Source: an archaeon (GTDB lineage Archaea > Iainarchaeota > Iainarchaeia > Iainarchaeales > JAAZKV01). From it: 51,112 nt of DNA. Shown here one piece after another: positions 34,819-44,795 of the stretch. The translations under genes and the position numbers were made by a program. Numbering within the stretch: the stretch's first letter is position 1; every line of letters begins with the position of its first letter. Location: assembly GCA_038046585.1 (NCBI GenBank), contig JBBSVX010000016.1:1-51112 (forward strand), given 5' to 3'. Under the pieces are notes generated by a model. It had not been told where the DNA came from. It saw only the letters and a program-made list of their open reading frames with translations, and did not search any database.

Positions 34819-35717
34819 CTGAGAATCCCTTTTATGGCGTATACTACATCAAATAATATCCTACCAATTATTGATTGGTTGTACAAAAAGAAAAGTGAAA
34901 ACAGCTTCTTTGCTTGCATATCCTCAGTCACAGAAATTTGTTTCAGATCTACATGCGAATCCGACACTTTACCGAAATACTTGTTGATGCGCCCGCTGTG
35001 AGTGCCGCCTGAAGCCGTACCAATGTTAGTGACAAGCGATTTTCCAGGATAGAGCGTGAGCATACCAGCAAGGAATGCAGATGCATACCACCTTATTGCC
35101 CAAGAGCTGTTCTTTCCCTGAATCTGCTGCCTGAGCATTTTGGTATAAGGGTATGTTCCCCAGAAATCGAATTCGTTCGTGAGCTTCTTCTCTTCAAGAC
35201 GCTTAAGGAGCTTCTTTCCATCCTTTTCAAAGTACTTCCAGGCCCTTTTCCATGTGGCCCAACCCCAACAATCCGCACCTTTGATAAAGAAAGTTTCAGG
35301 AAGACCCGGCGCAGGGTATGAGTAAGCCGAAATGCTCGCAACGTCGTTATTTGACACATACTTATTTAAAGCATCATTCATGTACTGCAGAAAATACTTT
35401 GAGGTCACAAGATCATCCTCTACGACAATAACTCTCCCGTGGCTATTTACGATTTTCGTAACTCCATCAATAATCGATTTTGCGAGCCCATAATTTGATT
35501 TGCGCTCTATTATCTTGATCGACTTGAATCCAGAAACTGTGCGAGCATATTTTCTAACGGCTGCAACCCCATTTGATGCTTTTTCATCCTTTGGTGCATC
35601 GGAGAATATTATAAGGTCCGACTGTTTGGCAAGAATATTTTTCTTGAGCGCTTCAATAGTCCTTGCCGCATGATCCGGTCGATTATAAATGAAAAGCAAT
35701 ATAGGAGCAAGTTTCAT
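34815..35717 (-). CDS. GT-A glycosyltransferase, GnT-I (GT13)-like with EDD motif
   Basis: APILLFIYNRPDHAARTIEALKK and VIVVEDDLVTSKYFLQYM resemble the GnT-I fold motifs. Confidence 0.6.
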   Translation of the reverse strand: MKLAPILLFIYNRPDHAARTIEALKKNILAKQSDLIIFSDAPKDEKASNGVAAVRKYARTVSGFKSIKIIERKSNYGLAKSIIDGVTKIVNSHGRVIVVEDDLVTSKYFLQYMNDALNKYVSNNDVASISAYSYPAPGLPETFFIKGADCWGWATWKRAWKYFEKDGKKLLKRLEEKKLTNEFDFWGTYPYTKMLRQQIQGKNSSWAIRWYASAFLAGMLTLYPGKSLVTNIGTASGGTHSGRINKYFGKVSDSHVDLKQISVTEDMQAKKLFSLFFLYNQSIIGRILFDVVYAIKGILR

Positions 35718-35720
35718 CTG

Positions 35721-36845
35721 TCAACACCCTAGTAGCCTAAACGCGGATTCCAGTTTCGCGATATCCACTGATGCGTCATTCGTATTAATAATACGCCTTT
35801 CAGGATCCGCCATAAAGTAACAATAATCAATACCAACAATATTAGAGAGCGCCCAATAGCACACATTTACATAATCAGGATGAAAGAATTCAATGACTTT
35901 CGTGCCCTTATTGCAAAACACAAGGTTGGCTAGAGCTGCACCATGGAATGCAACCACAACTTTTGCAGAAGCGAATAGCTCCGACTGCTCCGTTACGGAC
36001 AGACCTTCAAGCGAAACAGGCGTGAAGCCCAGGTTTGAGAGGAACTTAATCACGTCACTCTCGTTTGATACGCGTCTCTGCAGCACTGACCCTCTCATAA
36101 CATATATTTTCTCATATTTGATTTTCTTTTCTTTGCTCGGCCTCGAGGAAAGTTTTATCCGCAAAAAATCAACTACTTCCGAAGTAGGATTGCCCGTATG
36201 TATCGGCATCGACGGGGCGATAAGCTCCTCGGCAACGAGGTTCAAAGAATCCGACGATGCGATGATGAGTTTTTTAGGAACCCCAACTTGCAAGAGTGTC
36301 TCTTTCTTGAACTTCCTATCTGCTCCTGTCACATAAAGCTGGGGTTTGATGCCTGATTTTTGAATCAACATTGTTCGCGGCAGTGTCTCAAAAAGCCAGT
36401 GGTAATAGTTGTCAGTATCAGGAAGGACAGCGACCTTGCCTTTTACCGATTTCTCGTGCGGCACCGATAGCCTGTAGAATGCCCTACTATTTCGCCTTCC
36501 AAGTAAAGGATTTATTTCGTCAATAAGATTGCCTGCAGGCGTGACGACGAAGCATTCCTTAAAGAGGCACCTGCCTTTTTTTATTTGCAACACAAAGCTT
36601 GGCTCGTAAGAAAAGTCCAAAAGGTCATGAAACTTTTGATGTATGCTCGGCTCTATCGTAAGAGGAAGCTTGCGGCGCAACTTTCCCCCAGTGAACCTCT
36701 TTATTACTTTTGCCACGCCAGGTTCAGATGAAATCACTTTGTTTATGCTCGCTTGTCCAGAAGGGAATCTGCCGAAAAGCACCCTAAAAGGAGGCGTGTT
36801 CCAAACAATCCTTTTTACTGAAATTAAACTGTCTGCGCCAATCAT
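35721..36845 (-). CDS. GT61/DUF563-family glycosyltransferase
   Basis: YYHWLFETLPR and FHGAALANLVFC are hallmark DUF563 motifs. Confidence 0.75.
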   Translation of the reverse strand: MIGADSLISVKRIVWNTPPFRVLFGRFPSGQASINKVISSEPGVAKVIKRFTGGKLRRKLPLTIEPSIHQKFHDLLDFSYEPSFVLQIKKGRCLFKECFVVTPAGNLIDEINPLLGRRNSRAFYRLSVPHEKSVKGKVAVLPDTDNYYHWLFETLPRTMLIQKSGIKPQLYVTGADRKFKKETLLQVGVPKKLIIASSDSLNLVAEELIAPSMPIHTGNPTSEVVDFLRIKLSSRPSKEKKIKYEKIYVMRGSVLQRRVSNESDVIKFLSNLGFTPVSLEGLSVTEQSELFASAKVVVAFHGAALANLVFCNKGTKVIEFFHPDYVNVCYWALSNIVGIDYCYFMADPERRIINTNDASVDIAKLESAFRLLGC

Positions 36846-36912
36846 AATCTTTTCACCACCCGTAGAGATTCCGCCGAGAAATACGCACTGTCTTTGTAGC
36901 AGTATGAAAGCA

Positions 36913-37803
36913 TTAGAATTTCAACCTCTTTAGAAGCTTCTTAAAAAAATCCCTCAAGCCCACAGGCATGAGCGGACTGAGCCTGTCTCTAAACGTCATC
37001 ATGAGCTTCACATTCAACTTGTTGATTAGGGTCAGACGCCCTTTTGAAAAGTGTTTCATATAAAATTTTGTCGGCCCCTGGCAATGAAGACATTTCAACC
37101 TTATTGTACTCCCTTTTGTCTCCCCATAAGGCAGAGAGTCTTTGAAGAGAATCCTCTTCATCCCATTGTCCATCATTATGCCGTTTTGCTCTATGAGTAG
37201 TCCAGCATCATAAACCGCGCCTGCCAACGCATCAGTCAATTCACCGATATTCAAGACTTCCCTTCGCTTCAACTCTTTCCAAAAGCTCATATCAGTAATA
37301 GTATTATTTGATTCATACTCGACCTTTCCCACCTTATGACGGTAGAAATCTAAAACTATTTCACAATATTTGTCAAGGACTTTCTTGTTATTGATAAATG
37401 TAAGACCGGCACTTGCACCCTTCGCGAGGATGACATCAAAACGCGAATAGTTCTTAGAGTCTTTGTTAATGTCTTCAAAAAGCAGGACATCGGAATCCAT
37501 CGTGAAAATGCGCTTGAATTTGCGCTTCTCCATAAAGTCCTTTAGGATGAGCCAGCGTTCTATACAAAAGAGTTCAATCAACGGGTTTGAGGTGTTCTTG
37601 TGGACGTATATCTTCCTCAGTTTACCCGAGTATCTGTTAAAATTTGAAATTGGAAGCTTATCCACCAAGTCGAAGTTTTCCTTCGTGCCCTCGCAAAGAA
37701 GGAAAATCTTTCCGCCGGGATTGTACTTTTTTATGCTAGCAATACAATAATTGAGATAAAAGCTATCGCTCTTATGCAAGATGACTATAGGAATCTTACC
37801 CAT
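36913..37803 (-). CDS. hypothetical protein, possible GT-A glycosyltransferase; first gene of the minus-strand operon
   Basis: IPIVILHKSDSFYLNYCIASIKK and MDSDVLLF (DxD-like). Trimmed to the ATG at 37803. Confidence 0.45.
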   Translation of the reverse strand: MGKIPIVILHKSDSFYLNYCIASIKKYNPGGKIFLLCEGTKENFDLVDKLPISNFNRYSGKLRKIYVHKNTSNPLIELFCIERWLILKDFMEKRKFKRIFTMDSDVLLFEDINKDSKNYSRFDVILAKGASAGLTFINNKKVLDKYCEIVLDFYRHKVGKVEYESNNTITDMSFWKELKRREVLNIGELTDALAGAVYDAGLLIEQNGIMMDNGMKRILFKDSLPYGETKGSTIRLKCLHCQGPTKFYMKHFSKGRLTLINKLNVKLMMTFRDRLSPLMPVGLRDFFKKLLKRLKF

Positions 37804-37931
37804 ACATAAGAAAGGATTTTTGCATTTAAATAGCTTATAGTACAAGTTTGAGCACATTAGAAACTTGCCGCACACTTTTGAACCAGCAATCGTTATAAAT
37901 GCAAGGATTATAATAAATTCAAGCGATTAGC

Positions 37932-38948
37932 ATGAAGATTCTCAACAAGAGCCCTGCAGAAATTGCATTGAAATTATGCGCACCAATACTTAGGATTGCA
38001 ACAGAAGCGGGTTTTCTTGGCACAAAAATTGGGGGAAAATCTAAATCCATTTGGCCAAAAGGAAAAAAACCGAAAATTTGCATTGTTTATCTAGTATCCC
38101 CCAGAAAAGAGACTCACACTGGATCAGCCATGAAAAAAGAGGGCATTTCAAAACTTGATGTGTTCACGGAGAGCCTTAAGTCGGCAAGAAAATTCCTGCC
38201 AGAATATCCGGTGATAATTTTCCATGAAGATTATACAAAGGATGACTTTGCAAAGATAAGAGGGGCAGTGGAAGATAAAAAAATTACTTTTGCAAAGGTG
38301 GATTTTGACTTGTACAAAAGGAGAAGAAACCTTAATCAGTGGCTGAAAGAATCCGGAGCCAAAAGCGGCAGACCTGCAGGATACCAGATGATGTGCCGAT
38401 TCTTCTGCGGTGTCATGCAGTCAAGCAAGCAGCTTGCGCCATATGACTATTATATCCGGCTAGACCACGACTCATTTTTCATTGAGCCGAAGAAATGGGA
38501 AGCGGAAAAACTAATTGAGAAAAACAATTTTGATTATATGTACCGAAGCATATTCAGAGATCCTGTAGAGATAGAGTCACTTTGGAAGTTCACCAAAAAA
38601 TTCGCAAAAGATAACAGCATATCGCTTGACAGATTCAAGCAACTTGGCTTGCTTGACAAAAACGGCAACTACAACGGGTTGTGTCCGTACACGAATTTCC
38701 ACATGGCAAAGCTTGACTTTTGGAAAAGAAAAGATGTTAGAAAGTATCTTAATGAGATAGAGAAGATGGATGGCATCCTGAAACTAAAATGGGATGATGC
38801 GACTATACAAGCGATGCTGCTAGGGCTCTTTGATCCTGTGATAATTGAGAAAACGGATTTCGGGTACAGGCATAATTTCCACTATTCATTACAAGGATCC
38901 CTTAGGATAAGATACATCCAAGGCGGCCGACCCAACGATTGGCCATAA
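37932..38948 (+). CDS. GT15-like (Kre2/Mnt1-type alpha-1,2-mannosyltransferase family) glycosyltransferase
   Basis: Block-wise similarity to yeast Kre2: [31 protein letters not shown] vs [42 protein letters not shown] vs [53 protein letters not shown] vs [41 protein letters not shown]. Confidence 0.7.
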   Translation: [338 protein letters not shown]

Positions 38949-40292
38949 CTATTTTATCTGACGAAACAGACCTGATACTATTCTTGGAAGCCAGAAAGAT
39001 TTCAACAACATGAAAAAAACCGGCCTCGTCTTTGGGAACACCAGTAGTGACAAATAAGCTGAAGCGACGTAGGAAATTAACGTAGCAAATGATGCCCCCA
39101 TTATTCCAAAAGAAGGTATCAATACAAGATTTAGGCAGATATTTGTAACTGCCCCCGCCAACGCATTAAAGAACATTATTCTTGTTTTATTCTCTATTAT
39201 TAGATATCTTTCAAGGGCAAACTTTATTGATACACCTAGCGCGCTCCAAACCGAAACCATAAGCACCGGCCCGGCAGCGGCATATTCGGCGCCATAAAGG
39301 AACACGACTATGAAACTTGAGAACAACGACACGGGAATTATATATGACATTGGAAGCCAAGTCATCAAATCAAAAAATCGTTGAAGCCTAGATGAATACC
39401 GTTCCAACGATTCTTTTTTTGCCAGCATCAGAGCAGGAAACAGAGAGATACATATCGCCCCCGGAATGAACACAAAAAGCTCCGCAATCTTTATCGCAAC
39501 AGAATATATCCCGACCTGCGTTTCATCAAGCATCATTCCAATCATAACTTGGTCTATTCTAAGATACACTAGGACCATTGCTCCTGAAAGCATCAAAGGC
39601 CAGCTCGAATAGAACAGTTTCTTTGCTAAACCAAAACTGAACTTCCACTTTAGAATATCTTGTTTTTCCTTTACATAATAATAGACTAATAGGGTTGAAT
39701 TAAACAATATCTCGAATACACTAGCCGCAACAAAAAAAAGGACTGGAAAGCCAGCAACAAGGAGCCATACTCTCACAACGCTTGAGAGGAATAATGCGAC
39801 GTTTCTGGAGACCACCACTTTTCTTGATTCTACCTTAGCCTCAAACCAACAGCTCAGAATGCCCAAAGAAGATACCACATAGCCGACAGAGTGAACAAGC
39901 ATCACTAAGGATACTTCAATGTTTCCGGGTTTGATTATCCAAACAGACAGGTTCATTACTAATGCTGCAAGCAGACTTGTAAGCAAATTAACCCAAAATG
40001 TCGTCCCAATAAGGGAATATTTCAGTTTAGGGTGGCTGATTATCTCCCTTATTAGCAGATTAGAGATTCCAAGACCTATAAACGGACTTAATATAGCCCC
40101 GATAGCGATTACAAAACTCATTAGTCCGAAATCTGACGGCCCCAAATAGCGCGCTATCCATACGCCCACAAACAGAGACACAACTATCTGAAATATCCTA
40201 TCAAACGAAAGCCAGCCAATGTTCTTTATCACTTTTTTCACATAGGGCCTACCTACAACTTTTTGTTTAAGCTTACTATATAAATCAGTCAT
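38949..40292 (-). CDS. Wzx-like oligosaccharide flippase (MOP superfamily)
   Basis: About 12-14 TM segments with a typical polysaccharide-biosynthesis-protein layout. I chose the ATG at 40292 (GGTGA 5 nt upstream). Confidence 0.75.
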   Translation of the reverse strand: MTDLYSKLKQKVVGRPYVKKVIKNIGWLSFDRIFQIVVSLFVGVWIARYLGPSDFGLMSFVIAIGAILSPFIGLGISNLLIREIISHPKLKYSLIGTTFWVNLLTSLLAALVMNLSVWIIKPGNIEVSLVMLVHSVGYVVSSLGILSCWFEAKVESRKVVVSRNVALFLSSVVRVWLLVAGFPVLFFVAASVFEILFNSTLLVYYYVKEKQDILKWKFSFGLAKKLFYSSWPLMLSGAMVLVYLRIDQVMIGMMLDETQVGIYSVAIKIAELFVFIPGAICISLFPALMLAKKESLERYSSRLQRFFDLMTWLPMSYIIPVSLFSSFIVVFLYGAEYAAAGPVLMVSVWSALGVSIKFALERYLIIENKTRIMFFNALAGAVTNICLNLVLIPSFGIMGASFATLISYVASAYLSLLVFPKTRPVFFMLLKSFWLPRIVSGLFRQIK

Positions 40293-40324
40293 ACCGTCAC
40301 CACGGCAAATTATTTTTTTGAGTT

Positions 40325-41011
40325 TCACTTAAAAACATACAAAAATACTGCTCCTTTAAGTTCCATTGGAAGGAACCAAAGCAAATATTTCTTTAGAGGG
40401 GAATTGGGGTGAGAAACATAGTATCTGTCTAATTTTACGCCTGCACGCCTTGATATTTCAAGCGCTAACGAAGGCGTTACCCAGGACACATGCTCAAGAT
40501 TCGCCACAACAGTCCCTTGGGTAAACAAAAGCATTATTGTTTTGATGAAAAATGGATTTGGCGTAGCAACAAATATTTCACCACCCTTCTTCAAATGGCG
40601 CTTGGCAAACTTCAGCAACCGAACAGGGTCATCCACATGTTCTATAACATCACCAATGTTCACTACGTCAAATTTCTTACCCAAATAAGTATCTGAAGTG
40701 GCATCAGTCAATACAAAATCGTAGCCTTCCGCATTCAGCTTATCCACGAGCTTGGGGAGTATGTCAACACCCTTACAAGACTTTGCAACAGCGCATATCT
40801 TTCCATGCAGCCAATCGGACCTTTCATTCATATGCTCCAAGTCATGCTCACAAGCGCCAATATCCAAAACATCTTTGCCCGCCATCTGCCTTACGACAAA
40901 GTCCTTCAAGTTTCCTTTTTTGTTTATTATTCTGTGAGAAAGAAGAAACTTTAGCACCTGGTCAGATGCGTTCGAATCAAAAGGAGTATCACTTATCTTC
41001 ATCCTATCCAT
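40325..41011 (-). CDS. class I SAM-dependent methyltransferase
   Basis: VLDIGACEHD, FDVVNIGDVIEHVDDP and LKKGGEIFVATPNP. The start (ATG 41011 or 41002) is uncertain. Confidence 0.7.
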   Translation of the reverse strand: MDRMKISDTPFDSNASDQVLKFLLSHRIINKKGNLKDFVVRQMAGKDVLDIGACEHDLEHMNERSDWLHGKICAVAKSCKGVDILPKLVDKLNAEGYDFVLTDATSDTYLGKKFDVVNIGDVIEHVDDPVRLLKFAKRHLKKGGEIFVATPNPFFIKTIMLLFTQGTVVANLEHVSWVTPSLALEISRRAGVKLDRYYVSHPNSPLKKYLLWFLPMELKGAVFLYVFK

Positions 41012-41179
41012 AAAATGCACTTTCCCTAACACCCAATAAAAATAACCTAACAAATAAGATAGCAAGGCGGTATTTAAATTGGTTATGTTACAAAAGCACC
41101 CCTAAAAAAATGAACCCTCAACACAAATTCATTCTTGTACTAGAATGCTTAAAAGAAAGAAAAGAATGAACTACTTAAC

Positions 41180-42487
41180 ATGAAGATAACAGTAATCGGA
41201 ACAGGCTATGTCGGACTTATAACTGGAGTTTGTCTAGCTAAAAAAGGAAACAAAGTTATTTGCCTGGATCTTGATGAGAAAAAAATAGCAAAGCTAAACA
41301 ATGCTGAAAGCCCGATATACGAGCCAGGAGTTGAGGAACTCCTAAAGGAAAGCCTTGATAATAAATCGATAACATTCACTACTAATTACAAAAAAGCAGT
41401 CAGCGAATCAGAAATAATATTCATTGCAGTAGGCACTCCGCAAGGAAACGATGGCTCAGCTGATCTGTCGCAGATATTAAATACTGCAAAAAGAATTGGC
41501 GCAGAAATGAACTCAGAAAAGATAATTGTAAACAAGAGCACAGTTCCTGTCGGAACCGCGAACATAGTCAAAAAAACCATTGCAGAAGAGCTTAGAAAGA
41601 GGAAAGTAGAATTTCCATTTTGGGTCGTATCAAACCCTGAGTTTCTGGCGGAGGGAAGCGCCATAAGGGACTTTGAGACAGAAAGGGTAGTAATAGGCAG
41701 CGACTCTCAAGAAGTCGGTGAAAAAATGGCGAAACTCTATTCAACAGGCTTTGACAAGAACAAGAAGATATTGCTTACCGATAACAAGACAGCCGAAATA
41801 ATAAAATACGCGAGTAATTGCATGCTTGCGCTGAGGGTGTCTTTCATCAACGAGGTCTCAGAGCTGTGCGAAAAGGCAGGCGCAAACATAGACGATGTGT
41901 CATATGGAATGGGTCTTGACGACAGGATAGGCCCAAAATTTCTTAAAGCAGGAATAGGGTATGGGGGGAGTTGCTTTCCAAAAGACATCAGGGCGTTTGA
42001 GAAGACGCTTAAGGATAACGGCTGCAGGGCCGACATAATCGAGAATATTGAACTTGTTAACGAGAGGCAACTCATGAAGAACGCCAAACGCGCAGAAGCA
42101 CTTGTAGGAAAGCTTGACGGCAAGACAGTAGCAATCTGGGGGCTTTCATTCAAGCCAAACACAGATGATGTGAGAGAGTCTCCCGCAATAAGGATTTCTT
42201 CGGAGCTTCTGAGGCGCAAAGCGAAGCTAAGGGTTTACGACCCGAAAGGGATGGATAACGCAAAGAAGGTTCTTGGAAACAGCGTCGAATACTGCAGAGA
42301 CCCATATAGCGCCGCATTAGGATCAGACCTCCTGATAATCGCAACCGAGTGGGATGAATTTTTGAAAGCAGACCTAAAGAAGACTGCAACCTTAATGAAA
42401 TCAAAGAATCTCTTTGATGGCAGAAATATTTTTAACCCGGAGAAAATGAGGGCACTTGGATTCAACTACATCTGCATTGGGAAATGA
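41180..42487 (+). CDS. ugd: UDP-glucose 6-dehydrogenase
   Basis: MKITVIGTGYVGLITGVCLA, NPEFLAEGSAIRDF, GYGGSCFPKD and FKPNTDDVRESP. Confidence 0.95.
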   Translation: MKITVIGTGYVGLITGVCLAKKGNKVICLDLDEKKIAKLNNAESPIYEPGVEELLKESLDNKSITFTTNYKKAVSESEIIFIAVGTPQGNDGSADLSQILNTAKRIGAEMNSEKIIVNKSTVPVGTANIVKKTIAEELRKRKVEFPFWVVSNPEFLAEGSAIRDFETERVVIGSDSQEVGEKMAKLYSTGFDKNKKILLTDNKTAEIIKYASNCMLALRVSFINEVSELCEKAGANIDDVSYGMGLDDRIGPKFLKAGIGYGGSCFPKDIRAFEKTLKDNGCRADIIENIELVNERQLMKNAKRAEALVGKLDGKTVAIWGLSFKPNTDDVRESPAIRISSELLRRKAKLRVYDPKGMDNAKKVLGNSVEYCRDPYSAALGSDLLIIATEWDEFLKADLKKTATLMKSKNLFDGRNIFNPEKMRALGFNYICIGK

Positions 42488-42514
42488 TATAATTCCACAT
42501 TGCCTGCGCAAGAA

Positions 42515-43075
42515 TTAGTTCTTTATTACAAAACCTGTTTCCCAATATCCGCCAGTATTACTCTTAAGGCCGCCGAGCTTGAATTTTTTGCCTGAAAAAG
42601 AATCATAAATTGCTTTTGCGTGAGCTATGGAATTTGCGTCATCAAGCACAAGCACGCCCCCCCTCTTCAAATGCTGCCAGGCTTTTTTTGCGCATTCAGA
42701 CCTATATTCCGCATCCACAAAAACTAGGTCAAACATTCCATGCTTGGCTATCTCGTTTACATAAGCATTTTTGCTTGTTCTTAAAACGACTTTCTTGTTT
42801 TTCATCTTTTTCTTTGACGAAGATTTGAACCATAAGGGATTACCCTCAACGCTTATTATTTCTTTGCAAACACCAGCAAGAAAATCCGTAGAATACCCCG
42901 AAACATATTCGAATACGCGCTTTCCCTTAGCATTACTCAAAAACCACTTTTTTGCGGAGTGATTAATCCAAAAATCATCCTTCTTGTTCATCAATAATTC
43001 CGGAAAAAGCCAAGGCCTTCTTGCAACAGCAAATAGCTGACTAACTACCACAGATCTGAAATATTTGAAGTCCAT
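42515..43075 (-). CDS. class I SAM-dependent methyltransferase-like protein (O-MT family 3 / Methyltransf_24-like)
   Basis: FDLVFVDAEYRSECAKKAWQHLKRGGVLVLDD resembles the C-terminal MT motifs. The N-terminal motif I is weak. Confidence 0.5.
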   Translation of the reverse strand: MDFKYFRSVVVSQLFAVARRPWLFPELLMNKKDDFWINHSAKKWFLSNAKGKRVFEYVSGYSTDFLAGVCKEIISVEGNPLWFKSSSKKKMKNKKVVLRTSKNAYVNEIAKHGMFDLVFVDAEYRSECAKKAWQHLKRGGVLVLDDANSIAHAKAIYDSFSGKKFKLGGLKSNTGGYWETGFVIKN

Positions 43076-43113
43076 ACTGAACACATAAATAAAACAAGCA
43101 CAAGTATTAAAAT

Positions 43114-43833
43114 ATGCAACATACTCTTGATAGCTACAATTCGGGCAAGAGGTACGACTTCATGGAAATTGATTATATTGGAAAGGCGCTTAAGAAACTA
43201 AAACTACTCCCCGAAATAAGGCATGCAAAGATTCTCTTTTCCCAGACGGGGGAAGATGCTTTTCTCAGAGAAGTTTACTTAGAAAAGAAGAAAGGATTCT
43301 ATGTGGATGTAGGCGCACATCATCCAACAAGGTACTCAAATACGTTCATTTTCTACTCTATGGGTTGGAGGGGAATAAACATAGAACCTCAAAAAGAAGC
43401 AATAAGATTGTTTGAGAAAAAAAGACCGCAGGACACAAACCTCAACCTTGCGGTTTCTGACAAAGAAGGAGAAGTTACATTCTTCGAGGCGCCAGATAAT
43501 GCATACAGCACCATACTACCTAGTGTTGCAAAAGACTTCAAGGGAATCAAGACAAGTAGGGTAAAATCAATGCCTCTGTCAAAAATCCTCGACCAATATT
43601 TGCCGAAAGGTACCAAAATTGATTTCTTGAGCACGGATACCGAGGGTAATGACCTAACTGTTCTGAAATCAAACAACTGGAAAAAATACAAGCCGACTTA
43701 TGTTCTTGTCGAGATGATGGAAATGCCGGAATATTCAAAAGAATCAAAGAAGATTTATGATTATTTAAAAAATCAAGGATACAAGTTTGTTGGAAAAACA
43801 AACCTCACAGGGATATTTAAACTAAACAATTAA
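43114..43833 (+). CDS. FkbM-family methyltransferase
   Basis: [31 protein letters not shown] and [16 protein letters not shown] are typical FkbM motifs. Confidence 0.8.
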   Translation: MQHTLDSYNSGKRYDFMEIDYIGKALKKLKLLPEIRHAKILFSQTGEDAFLREVYLEKKKGFYVDVGAHHPTRYSNTFIFYSMGWRGINIEPQKEAIRLFEKKRPQDTNLNLAVSDKEGEVTFFEAPDNAYSTILPSVAKDFKGIKTSRVKSMPLSKILDQYLPKGTKIDFLSTDTEGNDLTVLKSNNWKKYKPTYVLVEMMEMPEYSKESKKIYDYLKNQGYKFVGKTNLTGIFKLNN

Positions 43834-44795
43834 TACTTGCAATTTTTCTCAAACCACTCAATCGTCTCTTTCAACCCTTCTTTAAACGGCACTTTCGCCT
43901 TGAACCCAAATTCTTTTTCAGCTAAAGATACATCAAGGCATCTTCTGGGCTGGCCATTTGGCTTTGATTTGTCCCAAACTATTTCGCCTTTGTATTTCAT
44001 CTCTTCGCAAAGGAGCTCAACTAAATCTTTAATTGATATTTCCATTCCTGACCCGAGGTTTACGGGATCTGTCTTTTCATAACGCTGAGTAGCAAGACTT
44101 ATCCCGCGAGCAGCATCCTTTACATACAAGAATTCTCTTGAAGCGGAACCATCACCCCAAACCGAAATAGAAGGCAAGTTATCTTTCTTAGCGGTTGCTA
44201 TCTTTCTTATGAGCGCTGGAATCACATGGCTTGATTTTGGATCAAAGTTGTCACCCGAGCCATACATATTCACTGGCAACAGAAAGATTCCGTTGAAATT
44301 GTACTGCTGTTTGTATGCTTGAAGTTGAACTAGAAGCATTTTCTTTGCTAACCCATAAGGAGCATTAGTTTCCTCGGGGTAGCCATTCCAAATATCAGAT
44401 TCCTTGAATGGAACTGGAGTGAATTTTGGATACGCGCAAATGGTGCCTATTGCAATAAACTTCTCTATTTTTGCTAACCTAGCCTGCTCAATGAGCTGAA
44501 CACCCATCATTAGGTTGTCATAAAAGAATTCGCCGGGCTTTTCCATGTTCGCCCCGATTCCGCCAACCTTTGCAGCCAAGTGAATTATAATGTCTGATTC
44601 TTTTGCTATCTTTTTGCATGAATCTAGCTGAACCAAGTCATAATCAGGATAAGTCGGAACAAAAATATTATTGGCGCCACTTTGTTTGAGCTCTTCAATT
44701 AAATGCTTTCCTAAGAACCCTGCTCCGCCAGTGACAGTTATTCGCTTGTTTTCAAGTGAGCGTTCTTTGAATTTATTTTTTTCCTTTTGTGCCAT
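43830..44795 (-). CDS. fcl: GDP-L-fucose synthase (GDP-4-keto-6-deoxymannose 3,5-epimerase/4-reductase)
   Basis: [14 protein letters not shown] and [12 protein letters not shown] (YxxxK), downstream of and overlapping gmd. ATG at 44795 with GAGGT upstream. Confidence 0.85.
   Translation of the reverse strand: MAQKEKNKFKERSLENKRITVTGGAGFLGKHLIEELKQSGANNIFVPTYPDYDLVQLDSCKKIAKESDIIIHLAAKVGGIGANMEKPGEFFYDNLMMGVQLIEQARLAKIEKFIAIGTICAYPKFTPVPFKESDIWNGYPEETNAPYGLAKKMLLVQLQAYKQQYNFNGIFLLPVNMYGSGDNFDPKSSHVIPALIRKIATAKKDNLPSISVWGDGSASREFLYVKDAARGISLATQRYEKTDPVNLGSGMEISIKDLVELLCEEMKYKGEIVWDKSKPNGQPRRCLDVSLAEKEFGFKAKVPFKEGLKETIEWFEKNCKY

Noticed and set aside
41737-42465. Minus-strand ORFs (160, 84 and 76 aa) opposite ugd.
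   Set aside because: They are antisense to a textbook UDP-glucose 6-dehydrogenase, with no independent coding signals.
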